Source: an uncultured Bacilli bacterium
GTDB taxonomy: Bacteria > Bacillota_I > Bacilli_A > RF39 > UBA660
Assembly (NCBI GenBank): GCA_910586295.1
Contig: CAJUGE010000090.1
Span: 1-62,217 of the forward strand
Length of the DNA: 62,217 nucleotides
Reading direction: 5' to 3'
A program made the position numbers and the translations under genes. The notes beneath the pieces were generated by a model, which worked only from the letters and a program-made list of their open reading frames with translations, was not told the origin of the DNA and did no database searches. Shown in pieces: positions 58,577 through 62,217 of the stretch. Each line of letters begins with the position of its first letter. Positions within the stretch are counted from its first letter, which is position 1.

Positions 58577-60343
58577 ATGGTTAATTTTAAAGAAGATGAA
58601 AAATTAAATATACTAAACCACAGTTGTGCACATCTAATGGCACAGGCAATAAAACACTTATATCCTAATGCATTATTTTGGGTGGGACCAGTTATTGCAG
58701 AAGGATTTTACTATGATGTGGACTTAGGGGATGAAGTTATACACGAAAGTGATTTAGAGCGAATAGAAAAAGAAATGAAGAAACTAAGCAAAGATGGAAA
58801 ACGTATATATAGAGAAGAAATAAGCAAAAGTGATGCCTTAGAAAGATTCAAGAATGATCCTTATAAAATAGATTTAATAAGTAGGATGGACGAAGAAAAT
58901 ACTATAATATCATGCTACACTCAAGGAGACTTCACAGACCTTTGTAGAGGACCTCACGTTGAAAGTGTAAAAGAAATTAAACACTTTAAATTAATTAAAC
59001 ACTCTGGTGCATACTGGAAAGGCAATTCTGAAAACAAAATGCTACAAAGAATTTATGGAGTATGTTTCTATACAGAGGAAGAATTACTTCAACATTTAGA
59101 AATTTTACAAGAAGCCAAAGAAAGAGATCATAGAAAATTAGGTAAAGAACTAAATATCTTTATGACATCAGATTTAATTGGAAAAGGACTTCCAATATAT
59201 TTGCCTAATGGTTATATAATTTGGGAAGAATTAGAAAAATACATAAAAAATAAAGAAAAAAAATTGGGATATAAACATGTTTTGACTCCGCCTTTAGGGA
59301 ATGTTCAATTATATAAGACTTCTGGACATTGGGAACATTACAAAGAAAATATGTTTCCTAAAATGGAGGTTGAAGGAGAAGAGTTTGTATTAAGACCAAT
59401 GAATTGTCCACATCATATGATGGTATATGATAATCAAATACACTCTTATAAGGATTTACCGATACGTATAGGTGAAATAGCTAGAGACTGTAGATTCGAA
59501 GCAAGTGGCGCTTTAAAAGGGATAGAAAGAGTAAGAACATTTTGTCAGAATGATGCTCACTTATTTGTTACAAGAGAACAAATAGAAAGTGAATTTGCAA
59601 GTGTAGTTAATCTAATATTAGAGGTTTATAAAGAATTAGGTATAAAAGATTATCACTTTGAGTTAAGTTTAAGAGATCCAGAAGATAAAGTAAAATATTA
59701 TAAAGATGATGATATGTGGAATGATGCAGAAAATACACTAAGAAAAGTATTAAATGATATAAATATTCCATATTTAGAGAAAATAGGAGAAGCAGCATTC
59801 TATGGACCTAAATTAGATGTTCAAGTAAGACCAGCAGTAGGTAACGAATATACTTTGTCTACTTGTCAGTTAGATTTTTGTTTGCCTATGAAATTTGACT
59901 TACACTATATTGCACAAGATGGTTCAAAAAAGACACCAGTAGTTCTTCATCGTGCAGTGTTTGGCAGTTTAGATAGATTTATAGCATATTACTTAGAAGA
60001 AACAAAAGGTGCTTTTCCAATGTGGCTTTCTCCAGTACAACTTAATGTTATTCCTGTAAACAATGAATATCATTTAGAATATGCAAAAAGTATATTTGGT
60101 AATTTAAAAAATGGTGCCTTTAGAGTTGAATTAGATGATAGAGAAGAAAAACTAGGTTACAAAATGAGAGAAAGTGTTATGAAGAAAATTCCATATTCAA
60201 TTATAATTGGACAAAAAGAGGTGGATAATAAAACAATAAGTTATAGAAAATATGGTAGTGAAGATACTATAACAGTAAGTTATGATGAATTCGTATCAAT
60301 GATTCAAAAAGAAATAGAAGAAAAGAAATTATTGCATAAATAG
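58577..60343 (+). CDS. thrS: Threonine--tRNA ligase lacking the N-terminal TGS domain
   Basis: Starts directly at the editing-domain motif HSCAHLMAQAIKHLYP..GPVIAEGFYYD. Class II core present (RPMNCPHHM; FCQNDAHLF; QLDF; VLHRAVFGSLDRF). 588 aa. Confidence 0.92.
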   Translation: MVNFKEDEKLNILNHSCAHLMAQAIKHLYPNALFWVGPVIAEGFYYDVDLGDEVIHESDLERIEKEMKKLSKDGKRIYREEISKSDALERFKNDPYKIDLISRMDEENTIISCYTQGDFTDLCRGPHVESVKEIKHFKLIKHSGAYWKGNSENKMLQRIYGVCFYTEEELLQHLEILQEAKERDHRKLGKELNIFMTSDLIGKGLPIYLPNGYIIWEELEKYIKNKEKKLGYKHVLTPPLGNVQLYKTSGHWEHYKENMFPKMEVEGEEFVLRPMNCPHHMMVYDNQIHSYKDLPIRIGEIARDCRFEASGALKGIERVRTFCQNDAHLFVTREQIESEFASVVNLILEVYKELGIKDYHFELSLRDPEDKVKYYKDDDMWNDAENTLRKVLNDINIPYLEKIGEAAFYGPKLDVQVRPAVGNEYTLSTCQLDFCLPMKFDLHYIAQDGSKKTPVVLHRAVFGSLDRFIAYYLEETKGAFPMWLSPVQLNVIPVNNEYHLEYAKSIFGNLKNGAFRVELDDREEKLGYKMRESVMKKIPYSIIIGQKEVDNKTISYRKYGSEDTITVSYDEFVSMIQKEIEEKKLLHK

Positions 60344-60392
60344 TTTCTTTTTTGTGTATTTTTTAGCACGTGATTTTTTAAGTACAAAATCA

Positions 60393-60421
60393 TTGACAAT
60401 CAATACTTTTTATGGTACAAT
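60393..60421 (+). promoter_or_regulatory. Sigma-A promoter (extended -10)
   Basis: TTGACA (60393-98), 17-nt spacer, TGgTACAAT. Confidence 0.6.
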
Positions 60422-60450
60422 TATATCTGTTAATGGGGGTAAGGTAATTA

Positions 60451-60872
60451 TGAAAGGGAGATTTTTATTAGATTATCTAGATGAAAATGACTTTAAAAAA
60501 CTAGAAAGAAGTTTAAAAAAATATAATATGATGGCATATAAAAAGCTTATGTTTGACTATTATCCAAGTTTAAGAAGAGGAGAATTTTTAGGAGAGCTTG
60601 TTTCTATAAACAAGCATGAACAAACAGAAAACTATGAATTACAATTGCCAACAGATGATTTGTTTATAAAAGTATATGGGAAAGTTAAGCTTAGTTACAC
60701 TGTATATAAAAAGCAAAACGTTGTTATGCTTACAGGATTAGAACCAAGAAGCATATTAATGGATGGTCATAAATCTGAATTAACTGCATATAAAGGTATT
60801 ATGATAAGTAAACAAAATGCAGCGAAAGAAATGTTCAAAATAGATTTATTATCTAGACTTGAGGACAAATAA
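60451..60872 (+). CDS. Hypothetical protein
   Basis: ATG 60451 downstream of the promoter, with the SD gggggtaagg. The tracked GTG at 60354 lies upstream of the promoter. Confidence 0.45.
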
Positions 60873-60886
60873 GGAGTATATAAACT

Positions 60887-61426
60887 ATGAATTATCAGAA
60901 GAAAAAAGATCAACTTATCAAGTTAAGAAATGAAATTCTTAAAGAATATCAAGCTTTATACGACAAAACAATACAGTATGCTGAAACTGAAATGGCTGAT
61001 GAATCAGTGGTAGGAAGAGATATTTTTGGTAATAAAGTTACAAGTTTAATTGTTGCTTTGCTATATGTTAATAATCCAGATAATAAAGAAGTTATATCTA
61101 AACTCAGGGAAGACATTGTTCAAAATAAATTAGGAAGAAAAGAAGAAAATGTAAAAGAGTCAAAAATTAGAGACGAAATACTAAAGGATTATCAAGAACT
61201 ATTAATTAAGTCTTTGCGTTATGGTCATTATGCATCAGAATTATCAAATATGAAGCTAGTATTAAGCGAAATAGCAGATTTTCAAAGATTTATATCTGAT
61301 GAAGAAGATAGTATGAAAATCACCAGTTTAATAGCAAGTTTATTGTATGTTGAACATCCTAATGATTCTGAGGTAGTTGCAACTTTGAGAAGAGATATAG
61401 CTATCAATAAATATGGAAGAAAGTAA
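60887..61426 (+). CDS. Hypothetical protein with an internal tandem duplication
   Basis: The two halves share R(N/D)EILK(E/D)YQ ... (V/I)TSLI(V/A)(A/S)LLYV(N/E)(N/H)P(D/N) ... EV(I/V) ... LR(E/R)DI ... NK(L/Y)GRK. Confidence 0.5.
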   Translation: MNYQKKKDQLIKLRNEILKEYQALYDKTIQYAETEMADESVVGRDIFGNKVTSLIVALLYVNNPDNKEVISKLREDIVQNKLGRKEENVKESKIRDEILKDYQELLIKSLRYGHYASELSNMKLVLSEIADFQRFISDEEDSMKITSLIASLLYVEHPNDSEVVATLRRDIAINKYGRK

Positions 61427-61478
61427 GATGTTAAAATATTAAAAAATATAGTATAATATAGTAGGAGTGTGAAATATA

Positions 61479-61829
61479 ATGACAAAATTTTGTACAAATT
61501 GTGGAAATGAATTAGATGCTAATGCAGATGTATGTGTAAAATGTGGAGCCTTAGTAAAGAAAAAGAACAATAATAATAATGCAGTAGAAAGTGTTGATAA
61601 AAGTGCAAATACGGGATTAGGATTTGGACTTGGCTCTATACTAGCTTGGATTATACCTCTGATAGGATATCCTATTACAATATGTGGAATAGTGTATTCA
61701 TCAAAAGGTTTAAAATCAGAAACATCTAAAGGAAAAGCAATAGCAGGACTTATACTTTCAATAATATTCTTAATAGTTACAGTAATAAACTCAATATTAG
61801 GTGTATTAGTAAATTTAGGAGAACTTTAG
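61479..61829 (+). CDS. Zinc-ribbon plus DUF4190-like membrane protein
   Basis: N-terminal CxxC-N12-CxxC (FCTNCGNELDANADVCVKCG), an Asn-rich linker, and two TM segments with the typical GxxSxILGIL-type pattern. Confidence 0.6.
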   Translation: MTKFCTNCGNELDANADVCVKCGALVKKKNNNNNAVESVDKSANTGLGFGLGSILAWIIPLIGYPITICGIVYSSKGLKSETSKGKAIAGLILSIIFLIVTVINSILGVLVNLGEL

Positions 61830-61893
61830 TATAGTTCTTCTTTGAATTTAGAAAGTCTTATGATATAATTAAACAAGTTTGGAGGGAGAGTAT

Positions 61894-62022
61894 ATGAAAA
61901 CTTATAAAAGAAATTTGCCAGATGGCGTTAGAAAAATTTTTACTCTTGAAAGAGGAGTAAAAGTTAAAGTACTAAATAAAAAGTACTATGATAAAAAGAA
62001 AAAAGTAGCAAATGTAGCGTAA
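61894..62022 (+). CDS. Possible 42-aa basic protein (not in the ORF track)
   Basis: TGaTATAAT at 61861-69. Strong SD ggagggagag 4 nt before the ATG. A terminator follows. Confidence 0.35.
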   Translation: MKTYKRNLPDGVRKIFTLERGVKVKVLNKKYYDKKKKVANVA

Positions 62023-62033
62023 ATCTCTTAAAG

Positions 62034-62065
62034 AATAAGTAGAAGATAATTCTACTTATTTTTTA
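62034..62065 (+). terminator. Rho-independent terminator
   Basis: aataagtagaa / ttctacttatt 11-bp stem, gataa loop, T-run. Confidence 0.7.
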
Positions 62066-62168
62066 TATAATAAGAAAGTTATGCTAAAATTCAAAAAAAC
62101 AAAAAAATGTTTGACAATCATATATTTGCTATGTTACACTTGATTTATGGTAAAGGAGGCATGGTATT
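62059..62168 (+). mobile_element. Left end (LE) of an IS200/IS605-family tnpB element
   Basis: 62059-62090 matches 19070-19100. It is followed by TTGACA, the SD aaaggagg and the tnpB start. Confidence 0.5.
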
Positions 62169-62217
62169 ATGATGATTAATAAGGCTTATAAATTTAGGTT
62201 ATATCCAAGTGATATGC
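62169..62217 (+). CDS. tnpB: TnpB (IS605 OrfB-type RNA-guided endonuclease), 3'-partial at the window edge
   Basis: MMINKAYKFRLYPSDM matches the highly typical TnpB N-terminus (xxKAYKFRLYPxxxQ). Confidence 0.6.
   Translation, partial: MMINKAYKFRLYPSDM

Overview
This is a chromosomal segment from a very AT-rich, Gram-positive-type (Bacillota-like) genome. That placement rests on PolC plus PolA, MurT/GatD, a FemAB-type transferase, HrcA with CIRCE operators, a T-box leader and many lipoprotein signal peptides. Most genes are on the + strand and are housekeeping: secG-rnr-smpB, asnS, hrcA-grpE-dnaK-dnaJ, a lipoprotein/MBOAT/DHHW acylation module, murT-gatD (minus strand), hisS, a ttcA-like gene, tcdA, polC, polA, eno, queA and thrS. 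Mobile DNA is present in four places. The right end of an IS200/IS605-type tnpB element sits at the left window edge, and the left end plus tnpB start of another copy sits at the right edge. A roughly 240-bp tnpB-less miniature derivative lies at 19070-19310. An IS66-family element (33327-35075) overlaps the 3' end of a vanZ-like gene. The stand-out feature is a tightly packed, probably co-transcribed array (43841-56276) of seven strongly diverged paralogs of 498-560 aa, interrupted only by queA. All seven share one architecture: a helical cytoplasmic N-domain of about 270 aa, TM1, an exposed domain of about 120-150 aa, TM2 with a Pro/Gly signature, and a cytoplasmic coiled-coil tail. I cannot assign this family to anything characterised. 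Other unusual items: a 768-aa protein built from 6-7 tandem sigma-70-region-4-like modules; four (possibly five) tandem small paralogs between asnS and hrcA; a Thr T-box that precedes two coupled small ORFs and a ThrRS lacking its TGS domain; and two orphan promoter-hairpin-terminator RNA candidates. No CRISPR array, rRNA, tRNA or tmRNA gene was recognised. All calls come from reading the sequence and from remembered family signatures; no searches or computations were run.
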